Shown: in pieces, positions 1-12,515 of the stretch
How positions within the stretch are numbered: the first letter of the stretch is position 1
Layout: the number at the start of each line of letters is the position of its first letter
DNA from: Octopus sinensis
Lineage: Eukaryota
Direction of reading: 5' to 3'
Length of the DNA stretch: 64,000 nucleotides
Assembly (NCBI RefSeq): GCF_006345805.1
Contig: NC_043005.1
Location: 18,724,001 to 18,788,000 of the forward strand
The notes under the pieces: model-generated
The model's database searches: none
What the model was told of the DNA's origin: nothing
Seen by the model: only the letters and a program-made list of their open reading frames with translations
Program-made: the position numbers and the translations under genes

Positions 1-10
1 TATATATATG

Positions 11-296
11 TCACATGATCATGTGACCGACCAGACCATCAGATGTTGTTACACATCGCTGGTCACAATGCGTTCGCATTGTTTTAGCCTTCGAATGACG
101 CCACCCCGCTGGCTAAGCGAGCAGGACAACAAAAGAGTGGTGAAAGAGTACACCAGGGATCACCACCCCCTGCCGGAGCCTCGTGGAGCTTTTAGGTGTT
201 TTCGCTCAATAAACACACACAACGCCCGGTCTGGGAATCGAAACCGCGATCTTGCGACCGCGAGTCCGCTGCCCTAAGCACTAGGCCATTGCGCCT

Positions 297-298
<2 letters not shown>
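11..298 (-). mobile_element. tRNA-derived SINE family A, short-tail form (A2)
   Basis: Reverse complement begins GGAGGCGCAATGGCCTAGTGCTTAGGGCAGCGG with A-box and B-box (GTTTCGATTCC) motifs; near-identical to 61791-62094 and 28617-28860. Confidence 0.9.
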
Positions 299-387
<89 letters not shown>

Positions 388-470
388 GTGTGTGTGTGTG
401 TATGTGTGTGTATGTGTGTATGTGTGTGTGTGTGTGTATATATATTATGTATTATGTATTATATATTATA
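299..470. repeat. Compound (CA)n/(TA)n/(TG)n microsatellite
   Basis: Directly visible. Confidence 0.95.
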
Positions 471-1259
471 TATTGTATGCATGTCCAGATGTAAATCTTT
501 ATGTTTATATACATGTGTGTGTTCCTGTTCGCTCTTTATTGCATATTCGTATATATTAATATACGAGTTTAAACAAGGATTAACGTACCGATACAAAGAA
601 TATATAAATGAGAAACAAGGAGACTATGACAAACACCCAGGGAAAACTGATTCAGTTCCCTCTTCCCCTTCCCTCTTCAAAAGGCTGCCAAACTAAATCA
701 CTTACTTAGAAATCATCCTCAACATCAGACCCTCTCCCAGTCTGGAAAGTTTATATTATCACACGTTTATATTATAATGCCATTTTGAAACTGTTTTGAA
801 TTTTAGTACTTGATAACATTATGTCTCAGCTGTGTTTCTGAGCTTACAATGTCTTTATGTTATTATATAATGTTAAGCAAATCGACACGTCATTCAATTC
901 CCACAAATCATTTTAAAGCTATGTGTTGTTTACATTTATAATCTGTAAGTTTGAGAAATAATTTCGATTTAATGTTGATAAACAAACGTTGAACGGTGAG
1001 TACATAATGTTTAAGTTAATGAACAACATGAAATGAAGAAATACAAAGAGTTCTCATATGTGGAGAACACAAATATACGTAGTTTAATGATTGAACCAAA
1101 AGTGTCGACTAGAAGATATGGGTTTGCGTTCAGCCAATACACACACTTCTCGTTACTTCTCGAAATTGTACAATTTTATTGATACTTTTCATTATTACAG
1201 CCTACCCCACTACTGAGGCAACGAAGGAGGCTTAGAGTGCGTATTTACAAAACTAATGT

Positions 1260-1634
1260 GGAAGCGCAATGGCTCAGTGGTTAGGACAGCGGACTCGCGG
1301 TCGTAGGATCGCAGTTTCGATTCCCAGACCTGGCGTTGTGTCAACTGAGCGAAAACACCTAAAGCTCCATAAGGCTCCGGCGGGGAGGGGGTGGCAAACC
1401 CTGCTGCATTCTTTCACCAAAACTTTCTCTCACTCTTTCTCCTGTTTCTGCTGCACCTGAATTTTAAAGGGCCAGCCTTGTCACACCCTACGTCAAGCTG
1501 AATCTCCCCGAGAACTACGTTAAGGGTACACGTGTCTGTGGAGTGCTCAGCCACTTGCACGTTAATTTCACGAGCAGACTGTTCTGTTGATCCGATCAAC
1601 TGGAACCTTGTTCGTCTTAACCGACGGAGTACCA
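1260..1634 (+). mobile_element. SINE family A, long-tail form (A1)
   Basis: Same tRNA-like head; body matches 51477-51858 and 57724-58096. Confidence 0.9.
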
Positions 1635-2683
1635 CAAAAAGTATAATCTAAACCTAGATGATTGTCAAACACCATGCCGCTATCGCCTCAGTTGTTCCCA
1701 TTAAAATATTCTATTTAATGGGAACAAACTGTTCCCATTAAAAAAAAAGGTGTTGTCGCTGCTGTTTTTGTTTTCGTCGCACCCGTATCATTCTTAACTG
1801 CGTGAACCAATAGTCAAAGATGGACAAATCATGATCGCAGCATCTCTTTTAATGAATGACAAATGTTCCCAGGATTTTATTAGCTTGGACATGGAAGCTT
1901 CGGTCCCTTTTATTGAAAGTTGCATGTATGATCTGAGAAAGATTTGGCTGTTATTTCTTGCAGGTTGAGCGATCTCAAGGCACCAGTAAGTTATAAAAGT
2001 CGTAAACACTATAGTTTATATTTCATCTGCCAATACCACCCACTTCTGTTGTTCATGTTTCTAAAACCTCTTATGTGTATAAGGTGTTATCACAATAAAA
2101 TATACGTTACTTACAGCCTGAAGTTATTAAGTTAACGGTAACCAAGCGAAAAACAGAATCTCTTTCGTGGAAACGAAATTATGCTGCAACACGGAATTAT
2201 CAATTTGTTACGGCTTCAAAAGAATTAATTCCTATATGTTAAATATATGTTACCTTTATCTGATATTATAGGATATAATTATGGAGTGCTATCAGATATA
2301 TAGAGATGTGGCAGATTATATGTAATGTTATTTTATAATATGTGCTTTTAGGATATATAATACATACGAGGAGTCGATATTAAAGTGTGCTGTGCGCTAT
2401 GTTATTAGGGTTACAGAATAACAAGTATAGTGATGAACATCGCAGCGGAGGTGGTGTGTTTATTGCAATCAGAATTCTTATGCAAGTTCGCATCCGACAT
2501 ATAGTAGCTCTATTTACAGTTATATCACTAAAAATTTTGGAAAAGAAGAAATAAATGCTGCAAAACTTCTCTCTTTTTTCTGCCCCAAAAGCCAGCATTG
2601 GTTTCAAATTTTGGCACCAAGACCAGCAATATCAGATGAGGGGGTAAGTATATGACATCGCCCCCCCCCCAGTATTCAGTTGG

Positions 2684-3003
2684 TACTTATTTAATCGATC
2701 CCGAAAGAATGAGAGGCTAAGTCGACCTTAGTAGAATTTGAGCTTAGAACGCAAAGACGGACGAAATGTGAAGCATTTTGCCCGGCTCGGTAACGATTCT
2801 GCTGGCACACAGCCTAAAATGATTTACTACTGATAGAGAACATAGCTAACATCACCACCCCAAGAAGTCAAAAAGTCAATCAGCCATTTATAAATAATTT
2901 GCCTTTCTAATGAAATCAATGAAGATCATCTCCAGATTGTGGGTGAGATTCCCTCCCCACAGGCCAATAAAGAGGATTTACTATTTATGAGTAATTTTTC
3001 TAC
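2684..3003 (+). repeat. About 320-bp segment duplicated at 6942-7265 (partial SINE-C plus unique flank)
   Basis: The two copies align nearly base for base, including non-SINE sequence (gatagagaacatagctaacatcaccacc...gagtaatttttctac). Confidence 0.95.
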
Positions 3004-3229
3004 TCTATAATGTTGCTAAGAATCCTTTTCTTATGGTATGCAACTTTACTTTCCCACGAGGTGCGAAATAATGTCTTACCGACATTGAGTAACCGTTTCA
3101 CACCTGAAGTCAGAAATGATTATCTTACCTTGCATCCCTCCTTCCCCAACTAACTATCTCCTATGGGCACTGTCATGATTTACGTCAGAAATTGAGAAGT
3201 TAAATCTAGCGAAACCTCTCTCTTTTCAG

Positions 3230-3248
3230 GTAGTTTGAACTATCGATG
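3230..3248 (+). CDS. Candidate 19-nt microexon
   Basis: ctctctcttttcag|GTAGTTTGAACTATCGATG|gtgagt; one open frame (xSLNYR). Confidence 0.3.
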
Positions 3249-5437
3249 GTGAGTAACTTCTCCGCACGAGGGTGTCATTATCTAACTCTGGTGACAAAAT
3301 CAGAATACAAATAATAATTTCAAGTTTTGGCTCAAGGCCAGCAATTTCGGAGGAGGAGATGATCGATTATATCGGTCACAGTGGGTGACTGGTATTTATC
3401 TTATCGACCCCTGAGAAGATGAAAGGCTCAGGTGAAATATACAAAAATTGAAAACAAAAGAATTTTTAGTTTCATTATCATACACTGATTTAAGGCAGCG
3501 AAATCACAGAATCGTTAACACGCTGGGCGAAATGCTTAGTGGTATTTTGTCTCACTTTACAATCTGAGTTCAAATTCCGCCGAGGTCGACTTTCCATTCA
3601 TCCTTTCGGAGTCGATAAATTAAGTACCAGTTGCGTACTGGGGTCGATCTAATCGACTGCCCCCTCCCCCAAAATTTCAAGCCTTGGGCCCGGAGTAGAA
3701 AAGAATCGTTAGTGCGCCGGGCGTAATGCTTAGCTGTATTTTGTCCGTCTTTACGAGCTGAGTTCAAATTCCGTCGAGTTCAACTTTACTTTTTATCCAA
3801 TTAGGGTCGGTAATCGATTAGTCCCCTCCCACAAAAATTTCAGGCCTGGTGCCTATAGTTGAAAGGATTATTATACACTGAATTAAGTCAACGTGATGGC
3901 AGAATTATTAGTACGCTTCAAGGCGGCGAGCAGGCAGAAACGTTAGCACGCCGGGCGAAATGCGTAGCCGTATTTCATCTGCCGTTAGGTTCTGAGTTCA
4001 AATTCCGCCGAGGTAGACTTTGCCTTTCATCCTTTCGGGGTTGATAAGTACCAGTTACGCATTGGGGTTGATGTAATCGACTTAATCCCTTTGTCTTTGT
4101 TTGTCCTCTCTGTGCTTAGACCCTTGTGGGTAGTAAAGAAATAGGTATTTCGTCTGTCATTACGTTCTGCGTTCAAATTTCGCCGAGGTCGACTTTGCCT
4201 TTTATCCTTTCGTGATCGAAAAATTAAGTACCAGTTGCGTACTGGTGTAGATCTAATCGACAGGCTCCCTCCCCCTAAATTTCGAGCCTTGTGCCTAGAA
4301 TAGAAAAGAATTGTTTGCAGGCTGAGAAAAATGTTTAGAGCCATTTCGTTCGTCTTTACGTCCCGATTTCAAATTCTGCTGAATTTGACTTCGTCTTCAT
4401 GTCGGGATTCATAAAATAAGTACCAGTTGAATACAAGGGTTCATGTAATTTACTTATCCCCCACCAAAAAAAAAAAAAAAATTACAGGTGTACCATTATT
4501 ATACAATGACTGAAGGCAGCTTGAATTGGTAGAGCGTCGGGAAAATGCCAAGTGACACTTCTTCCGGCCATTTACATTCTGAGTTTAAATCCCGCCAAGG
4601 TCAACTTTGCATTTAATTTTTTCCATGTACCACTAAATTCTTGGGATTGATAGAATTGACTAAAACCACACCTCGAAATTATTGATCTTGTGCCAAAACC
4701 AGAAGGTATTATGATGCTGACCTGGCAGAAGCGTTAACACGCCGGTCCAAATGCCTAGCGGTATTTCATCTGCGTTGTCAGTTCAAATTCCGTCGAGGTC
4801 GACTTTGCCTTTCATCCTTTCGGGGTCGATAAATTTAGTACCAGTTACGCACTGGGGTCGATGTAATCGACTTAATACCTATGCCTGTCCTTGTTTGTCC
4901 CCTCTGTGTTTAGCCCCTTGTGGATAATAAAGAAATAGGTATTATGATGCTCTGATTTAGAACGGGGGATTGGTACAATCATTAAAGCATTGGAAGAATC
5001 CAATCTGGTATTTCATCTGGGTATTTAAGCTCTAATTTCAAACAGCACCGAGGTCCGCTTTGGTTTCATCCTTTTTGGAGGAATAAAATGAGATGCCTGT
5101 CAAGGTGTTGAATAGATAACGTCTGCTATTCCTTTCGCCCAAATTTCTTACCTCGTAGCTGAATTAGAAATAATTATCATACAGTGGTATATTTCTTGGT
5201 CTATTTAGTGTATAACTAGAATGCCTATCGCATCGGTCACGTCCTCAGAACTGCAAACTGATTTTGACCATGAAGAAGACTTGTCTCATTCTGCTGTCCA
5301 TGCTTGGAATATCTTCGGATTTTTTTTTTATCTGCGACGTTGCTTGCCCTTTCAGCTTCAACTGCACAATATATAAATAAACTAACCAAAACAGTCAACT
5401 CGTGATCACCATATAAATTCTCTCACTAAACCAAGTC

Positions 5438-5838
5438 AGGCGTAGGAGTGGCTGTGTGGTAAGTAGCTTGCTTACCAGCCACATGGTTCCGGGTCCAGTT
5501 CCACTGCGAGGCACCATGGACAAGTGTCTTCTACTATAATCTCGAGCCGACCAAAGCCTTCTGAGTGGATTTGGTAGACGGAAATTGAAAGAGGCCCGTC
5601 GTATATATGTATCTATATGTATGTGTGTGCAAATGTTTGTGTGTCTGTGTTTGTCCCTCCCAACATCGCTTGACAACCGATGCTGGTGTGTCTACGTCCC
5701 CGTAACTTAGCAGTTCGGCAAAAGAGACTGATAGAATAAGTACTAGGCTTTCAAAGAATAAGTCCTGGAGTCGATTTGCTGGACTACAGGCAGTGCTCCA
5801 GTGTGGCCACAGTCAAATGACTGAAACAAGTAAAAGAG
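5438..5838 (+). mobile_element. SINE family B (tRNA-like head, internal microsatellite, (TAAAAGAG)n-like tail)
   Basis: GGCGTAGGAGTGGCTGTGTGGTAAG head ... GGCCACAGTCAAATGACTGAAACAAGTAAAAGAG tail; about 13 copies in the window. Confidence 0.9.
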
Positions 5839-5859
5839 TCATGTATTGGTTTCAAATAT

Positions 5860-6060
5860 TAGTACGAAGCCAGAAGTTTTTTTGAGTGGGAAGGACAGCG
5901 TAAATTGATTACAGTGATCCCGTTGTTCCTCTGGGGCCTATTTTATCGATCCCGAATGTCGAAGTATACCATAGCGGCATTTGAATCCAGAGCGTAATGT
6001 CGGCAGAATTGTTGCTAAGAATTTTGTCTGGCGCGGTAACGATTCTGTCAGGCCGCCATC
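5860..6060 (-). mobile_element. Degenerate SINE family C copy
   Basis: ttttatcgatcccga...gcatttgaatccagagcgtaa...gtaacgattctgtcag matches the reverse complement of the C consensus. Confidence 0.65.
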
Positions 6061-6941
6061 TTGAACTAATTCAAAGAACAATTAAGTAGTGAAAACTGAG
6101 CATTAAAATTAACTTTCATGGTCGTTAAGACTTAATGTCCTTCCTTAATTAAAGCCTTTCATAAGGAGTTAGTATCCTTGTTAGATCTACTGAGGAGGTT
6201 ATCATCTCAGCATGTACCCTGATTCTGTAATAGCCTTATTGTCCAGTATTATTATGACTTTGTTCTACAAATGTTAATGACTTCTGTTTTCAGTGCAAGT
6301 GTGTGTTTGAAATTTATTGTTCGATTTGTCTGGACATACGAAAGAGCAAATTATTTGTAGTAGTATTCTGTCATTCACGCTTTTGTATTTTTTCCCGGCT
6401 CTTCCTTACGCATGTGGTCAATCTAATTCCCAACCCCTGGATACTAGAAGGTAAAATTTAATATCACATTAGCGTTAAAGCTCAACGTTGGAGACACTTA
6501 TCTAAATTTCTCAGATTCAATTACCCGACCTCTGTTGAGAAAGTACGGTCTATTTTTCCGGATAAAATAATACAATTAAAAGATAAATTATTTATCCTTC
6601 ATATCTTGAGTAGGTCGAATGCCATGATATTTTTGCTTAATTGGGGAAGGGTTGATTCGTCTCTCCTCGGTCCTTTGATTATTAAAATTTGTAATTATAT
6701 CTATTATCTATAATGTAATTATTGCAGTGAAATTAAAATATGTTATACCCTACAGACACATCATGAATAGGATACTCACGGTGGAGCTCGAGTGTTAAGC
6801 TTTTGATATGTTGCATCTAAGACAACATTTTCCAAAATTTCTTTTCATTTAGAGACAGTAGACTTGAGTAAGATTTGGCTACTAAACTAGTCGTGTTATT
6901 GTTTGGCTACTGTTATTGTTATATTTGGCTACTAATCTGGC

Positions 6942-7265
6942 TACTTATTTAATCGATCCCGAAAGATGAAAGGCTAAGTCGACCTTAGTAGAATTTGAGC
7001 TTAGAACGCAAAGACGCACGAAATGTGAAGCATTTTGCCCGGACCGGCTCGGTAACGATTCTGCTGACACATCGCCTAAAATGATTTATTACTGATAGAG
7101 AACATAGCTAACATCACCACCCCAAGAAGTCAAAAAGTCAATCAGCCATTTATAGATAATTTGCCTTTCTAATGAAATCAATGAAGATCATCTCCAGATT
7201 GTGGGTAAGATTCCCTCCCCACAGGCCAATAAAGAGGATTTACTATTTATGAGTAATTTTTCTAC
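6942..7265 (+). repeat. Second copy of the 2684-3003 duplication
   Basis: Direct alignment by eye; preceded by four TGGCTACT stutter units. Confidence 0.95.
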
Positions 7266-8137
7266 GTTAATCGCATTGGTTAAAATAAATTGTGGTATTA
7301 GTATAACTGGTGAAGTGATGTTGATGATTACTTTAGATTTGTCATTTTAGTCGTTGAGTTCACGTCAAACATAATGCAGTAGATATTTGTTCAATAGTGT
7401 TCCGAGTATGACAACTTGGTCTTTTTCCGTTTATTAGGAGGAGTGTATCTAGTGTATCTCGTGACTACTTTTAGGGACACTGTATATAACGGAAGTGCCT
7501 ATCCGATTCAGAAGACAAGTATGATTATCCGTGTTGGATTCTCTCGCTACAAATTGCAGTAAAATATTTAGTTTACAGCCCTGCTGTCCCTAAAATGTAA
7601 GGAGCAACTCACTAGTCTATATCGTTTTAGATATACAAATAAGATGGTTATGAGTAGGCAGAATGACAGGTGAGCATTATTCTGATTATTATTCTACCTT
7701 TTCTGTGCTGACTTGCGGCTAACGAACAACAATAACAAAAACAAAAAAACAAAAGCAATCCATAATGTGAACCAATATTACGTGTTAGACCCTCTGTTGA
7801 AAAAATAAATAACAAATATTTTCAGATGTATTCGGACAGGAAATATGGTGTTCTGTGGCCTCTTCAATTTGAACACCATTCAAAAAAAATCAATAGGAAA
7901 AGGTGGAGCTAGAGCTATAAAAGCAAATGCTGTAAATAATTTCGTGCGACTATTTTGCATCACTTCTAGTTTGTATTCCTGTTTAGTTTTATTTCAGAAG
8001 CTGGAAATCTAATTTAATATCTCATTTAACACTTTCTTTGTTCCGTTTTTACACTCACAGAAGCCATAATTAAATGGCGGAGCGAATTATTTAACTTTAT
8101 CACATTTGGCATGTCCCTTACGTCGACAAATATCGTA

Positions 8138-8158
8138 CACATACATACATACATGCAT

Positions 8159-8198
<40 letters not shown>

Positions 8199-8344
8199 AC
8201 ACACACATGCAAACATGTACACGCATGCTCACGTATACGCGTATACATAGAGGTACGCACACACGGCATATATAAACGTACATATATACATACATACAAA
8301 CGCATATATGCATACGTATTTATATTACACACACACATACACGC

Positions 8345-8415
<71 letters not shown>

Positions 8416-8425
8416 TGTGTGTGTG
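8138..8425. repeat. (CATA)n/(CA)n/(TA)n/(TG)n microsatellite complex
   Basis: Directly visible. Confidence 0.9.
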
Positions 8426-8898
8426 ATTTACGACAACTTTATATCCACTGAAATAAATTATATTTATCAGTGAATGTAAATAAAAAGTAATTCATTTTGA
8501 TTTTTAAATTAAATCGTATTTTTGTGTCTTTCCGTTTTCGTTCCTAATTCTAATGCTTTTATTTATATTCTGCTTTCATAATATTTTTTTCATTCACTTC
8601 CAGACGAATGTTGATCCTATCGCTCTGAGACTATGAACTAATTTGAAAAGTATTCACGCCATGACTATCCTGTCTCATTTTTCAGGATTGTATTTCTCAG
8701 AAATTTTTTTCATTATATCGAACTATACCTCGTTCTCTTTCGCTTTCCCTCCCCCTCTCTCTCTCACACACACTTTCTTTCCTCCTTATCTCTCTCATTC
8801 TCTATCTCTTTTTCGCTCTCATTTTCTTTCTCGTCCGCCTTCGCTCTCTCTGTGTATGAAAATAGATAGATAGGTAGATAAATTGATAGATACATACA

Positions 8899-8932
<34 letters not shown>

Positions 8933-9580
8933 CATACATACATACATACACACATACATGCATACATATGCGTATACGTCATACATTCATGCACACACAT
9001 ATACACACGTAGAGTTCTCTTTATATCGGACTCCGTTAAGTTGGACATCGGATAAACAGGACAAAAAAAATGACTGTTTTCACATCTGCCGCCGACTTTG
9101 AACATCAGTGCTGTAACGGCGCATATTCTGACTGTGCTATGTTAATGCCTTATTCCTACCAAATGGAATCAATTCATCAAAAATGTTAAATCAGTCAATA
9201 ATATAATGTTGGACGGAAAGGGGCAAATCATTTTTCTGCTTTCTGAGATGAAATATTCTGAGAGTTGATTTAAAACACCTCACACCTAGTTCTACTCTAG
9301 CATTGTACTGGATGGAATATATGACAATACAACAGGGCATTTCACCAGTAGAGATCTTATTCAGTTTAGTACATATTTCTTCAGAAGTATACCCTTTCTA
9401 ACTGATTTCCCATCACTAACATTTAAAACCCTGTTCTATGAATTCATTCATGTTTCCTCTATTTGCTATTTTTTAGTTGTATTCAACCTGTTACGGGTAT
9501 ATGACTTACTTTCTTCAATTCCAACCTCTCCAACAAACATTGCTTTTTTCTGGAAAATTGCATATATAAAAATCATTGAA

Positions 9581-9996
9581 AGGCGCAGGAGTGGCTGTAT
9601 AGTAAGTGGCTTTCTTCCCAACCATATGGTTCCGGGTTCAGTCCCGCTGCCTGGCACATTGAGCAAGTGTATTCTACTATAGCCTCGGGCCGACCAAAGT
9701 GGATTGTGAATGGATTTAGTAGACGGAAATTGAAAGAAGCCCGTAGTATATGTATGTGTGTGCGTGTGTGTGTGTGTGTGTCTTTGTGTTTGTATGTCTC
9801 CCCACCATCGCTTGACAACCGGTGTTGGTGTGTTCATGTCCCTGTAACCTAACAGTTCGGCATCAGAGTCCAATGGAGTAAGTACTAGGCTTACAAAGAA
9901 TAAGTCCTGGAGTCGATTTGTTCGACTAAAGGCAGTGCTCCAGTATGTCCGCAATCAAGTGACTGAAACAAGTAAAGGAATAAAAGAATAAAAGAA
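9581..9996 (+). mobile_element. SINE family B
   Basis: Full head-to-tail match to the other B copies. Confidence 0.9.
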
Positions 9997-10070
9997 TTAC
10001 TGAAGTATATTTTCTTTATAATAATTCTGCTCCTTTAGTATCTTTCTATAATCTCACTGTAATTTGTTTT

Positions 10071-10231
10071 CAGGGGTGGCTGTGTGGTAAGTAGGTTGCT
10101 TACGAACCACATAGTTCCGGGTTCAGTCCCACTGCGTGGCACCTTGAGCAAGTGTCTTCTACTGTAGCATCGAGTCGACCAAAGCCTTATGAGTGGATTT
10201 GGTAGACGGAAACAGAAAGAAGCCCGTCGTA

Positions 10232-10309
<78 letters not shown>

Positions 10310-10530
10310 GTTTATGTTTGTGTGTCTGTGTTTGTCACCCCAACATCGATTGACAACTTACGCTAGTGTGTTTACGTCCCCGTAACTTAGCGGTTCGGCA
10401 AAAGATAGAATAAGTACTAGGCTTACAAAGAATATGTCCTGGGGTCGATTTGCGCGACTAAAGGCGGTGCTCCAGCAAGGCCACAGTCAAATGACTGAAA
10501 CAAGTAAAAGAGTAAGAGAGTAAAGAGTAA
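10071..10530 (+). mobile_element. SINE family B
   Basis: Full match with an internal (TA)n; lies 75 bp after the previous copy. Confidence 0.9.
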
Positions 10531-10864
10531 AATTCCAGTAATACACATTCTGCTGACAGGAATCAGATAGTTCAAAACAATTCCAGGTTCGGTTGTATGT
10601 TTTCCTTTCCTTTTTGATAATTCTGTCTCTGTCAGTTTGTTCTTCGGGGTCGCACAGAACATATTGTGAAAATAACTATCAAACGCAACAGGGCTAAATG
10701 TGTGCTATGCAGCTATTTTCTTTACTATTTCGGTTGTTACGCATTTTCATCAATATGATTTCTAGCATGGTGTCGTGGCAGAGTAATAATTTAATGCAGC
10801 ATAGGATCATAATTATCGCCAAAAATATTGGAATTTTATAAGGCATTTAGAATTTAGCGCTCCG

Positions 10865-11150
10865 GTAGCGAATATTTGTGGAGATTATGGAGTTAAAATT
10901 CAAACTGTTTCGGATATACTCAAGGCGGAGAAGACACAGAATGCATATTAACATATCGCTGGAAATACTAAATCATCATCTGCTGGTGCAAAGAAACGTA
11001 TGAGAGATTCAAAATATCCAAGTTATGAAGTTATTTATCCGTTAATTGACAGGTGATAACAACGTCCGTGTTAGAGAAATTCAAGCTGCTATTCTGGCTA
11101 AGTATGGGAGCATCATGAATCTTGAAGCAAGTAAAAGGTCACTAAAATCG
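10865..11150 (+). pseudogene. Decayed Tigger/pogo-like (CENP-B HTH) transposase N-terminal fragment
   Basis: Translates VANICGDYGVKIQTVSDILKAEK ... KKRMRDSKYP, resembling the pogo/Tigger HTH_psq and HTH_Tnp_Tc5 start; interrupted by stops. Confidence 0.5.
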
Positions 11151-11237
11151 CTGTGGAATGATTAATAAAATTACCCATAGCCACTCACTTTATGCAGGAA
11201 GAGGTGAAATGACATAAACCTAATTTCCAAAACTATA

Positions 11238-11626
11238 TCTTTATATATAAAAGTGAGGTTGTGTGCTGTCTGTCTCCTACGATTTAGATTCCTAATTACT
11301 CCCACATTTTGCGGTACAGTTTAACCAAAACCAATCAATAGTCGTGATTCATATCGAGTCCTTCTGGGTATTAGCGCGCGTCTACGATGAGGCTACGATT
11401 TTTAAAATTTTACCATCAATTTTCCCCATTTTTAATGCATTTTTGGCATATATAAGGGAAGTAACTCTCTAAAAATTTATTAAATCTCAGAACGTAAAAA
11501 GCTACAGTAACACCCCCCCCCTTTGTGGTTAGCCATATTGAGATGGCTATCATACTTTACATCTCTAAAAATGCTTAATTAGTTATTTCCCTTACAAACC
11601 CGAGCAACGCCGGGCGATACTGCTAG
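11238..11626 (+). mobile_element. Non-autonomous Helitron, copy 1
   Basis: A|TC 5' end (atctttatatataaaag), subterminal hairpin CCCG-AGCAACGC-CGGG, 3' CTAG|T end; second copy at 21061-21459. Confidence 0.85.
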
Positions 11627-11973
11627 TTGGATATAAAGCCCTTTAATACAGGCGGTAACGTTCATGAATAGCCAAGTTTCTTAAGCACGAAGGATGCTTG
11701 CCTTATCATAAAATTACCAAACAACGTTTGTAGCGATTTAATATAAAAATGAAAATGAATTAGTTTATATTTACATTCACTGAGAAATATAATTTATTTT
11801 AGAGTATATAAAGTTGTCGGAAATCATTTATATATATATATATAACGGGAAGCTTTATGAAAATAGACAAACGACGAAGGCATGTTTACGGAAATAAACA
11901 AAAGACGAAGGCAGGTGGAATACAAACAAATAATTGTATTAGTATGGCGCTCAGGAAATATAAATGAAACAAG

Positions 11974-12011
11974 TCTTTAACGTTTCGAGCCTACGCTCTT
12001 CAACAGAAAGA
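11974..12011 (-). ncRNA. Minimal type I hammerhead-like motif with variant core CUGUUGA
   Basis: Minus strand: UCUUU-CUGUUGA-A-GAGC(GUAG)GCUC-GAAA-CG-UU-AAAGA; stem I 5 bp, stem II 4 bp, palindromic ACGU stem III. Confidence 0.6.
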
Positions 12012-12431
12012 TACACAGAGAAAAAAAAACACAGAAAGGAGAGTAAAAATATGCGTGCAAAAGCTAGCGAATCAACATGGCGATCTGATTTCGGCCAGAA
12101 GTCAAAGATCAAACATGAGATGCAAGAGCGAAATTAGGGGAGATAATAGGGTTGAATGACCCCGCTCAAACATAATCAAATGTGAGGATAAAATTCTTTT
12201 CGAAAAAAAATATTTTCTCGAAAAAAATTTTATCAATGGCCAGCATATTAAAAAATACCTTTAACGGTTAAATTTATGAACAATTCATAAATGAGGGCAA
12301 AGGAAAAAAATTCTAATGCCAAATATCCTGAAAAATTGGACATATTGTCCATTAACCATATAATTTTTTCACAATACGCACGCTACTCGAAAAAAGGCTG
12401 ACAGAAATTTCAAAAAAATTCCATTATTACC

Positions 12432-12486
12432 ATATCGGACCGATTTCAGAGTTAGCTACTTAGAGCTCTCTCTTCGTCAGTGATAC
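12432..12486 (-). ncRNA. Type I hammerhead ribozyme motif
   Basis: Minus strand: GUAUCA-CUGACGA-AGAG-AG-AGCU(CUAAGU)AGCU-AA-CUCU-GAAA-UCGG-UC-CGAUAU; canonical core and GUC site; A.C mismatch at the first stem I pair. Confidence 0.7.
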
Positions 12487-12515
12487 TTGTGGCAAAAGAA
12501 ATAAATGAGTACTAT

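Larger units (their letters stand above)
2620..5200. mobile_element. Dense cluster of about 9-10 full or partial SINE family C copies in both orientations
   Basis: Repeated core GAGTTCAAATTCCGCCGAGGTCGACTTTGCCTTTCATCCTTTCGGGGTCGATAAATTAAGTACCAG (e.g. about 3568, 3990, 4185, 4790); the core resembles the Meta domain of MetaSINEs (recalled, not searched). Confidence 0.85.

Noticed and set aside
196-696. Long ORF-track entries rich in YI/CV/HT/LSIY (also 26234-26893, 47834-48316, 49840-50760 and others)
   Set aside because: They are translations of microsatellites and SINEs, with no coding signal.
5438-5510. SINE A, B and C heads as tRNA genes
   Set aside because: A and B boxes are present, but there is no complete cloverleaf and each continues into a multi-copy SINE body.
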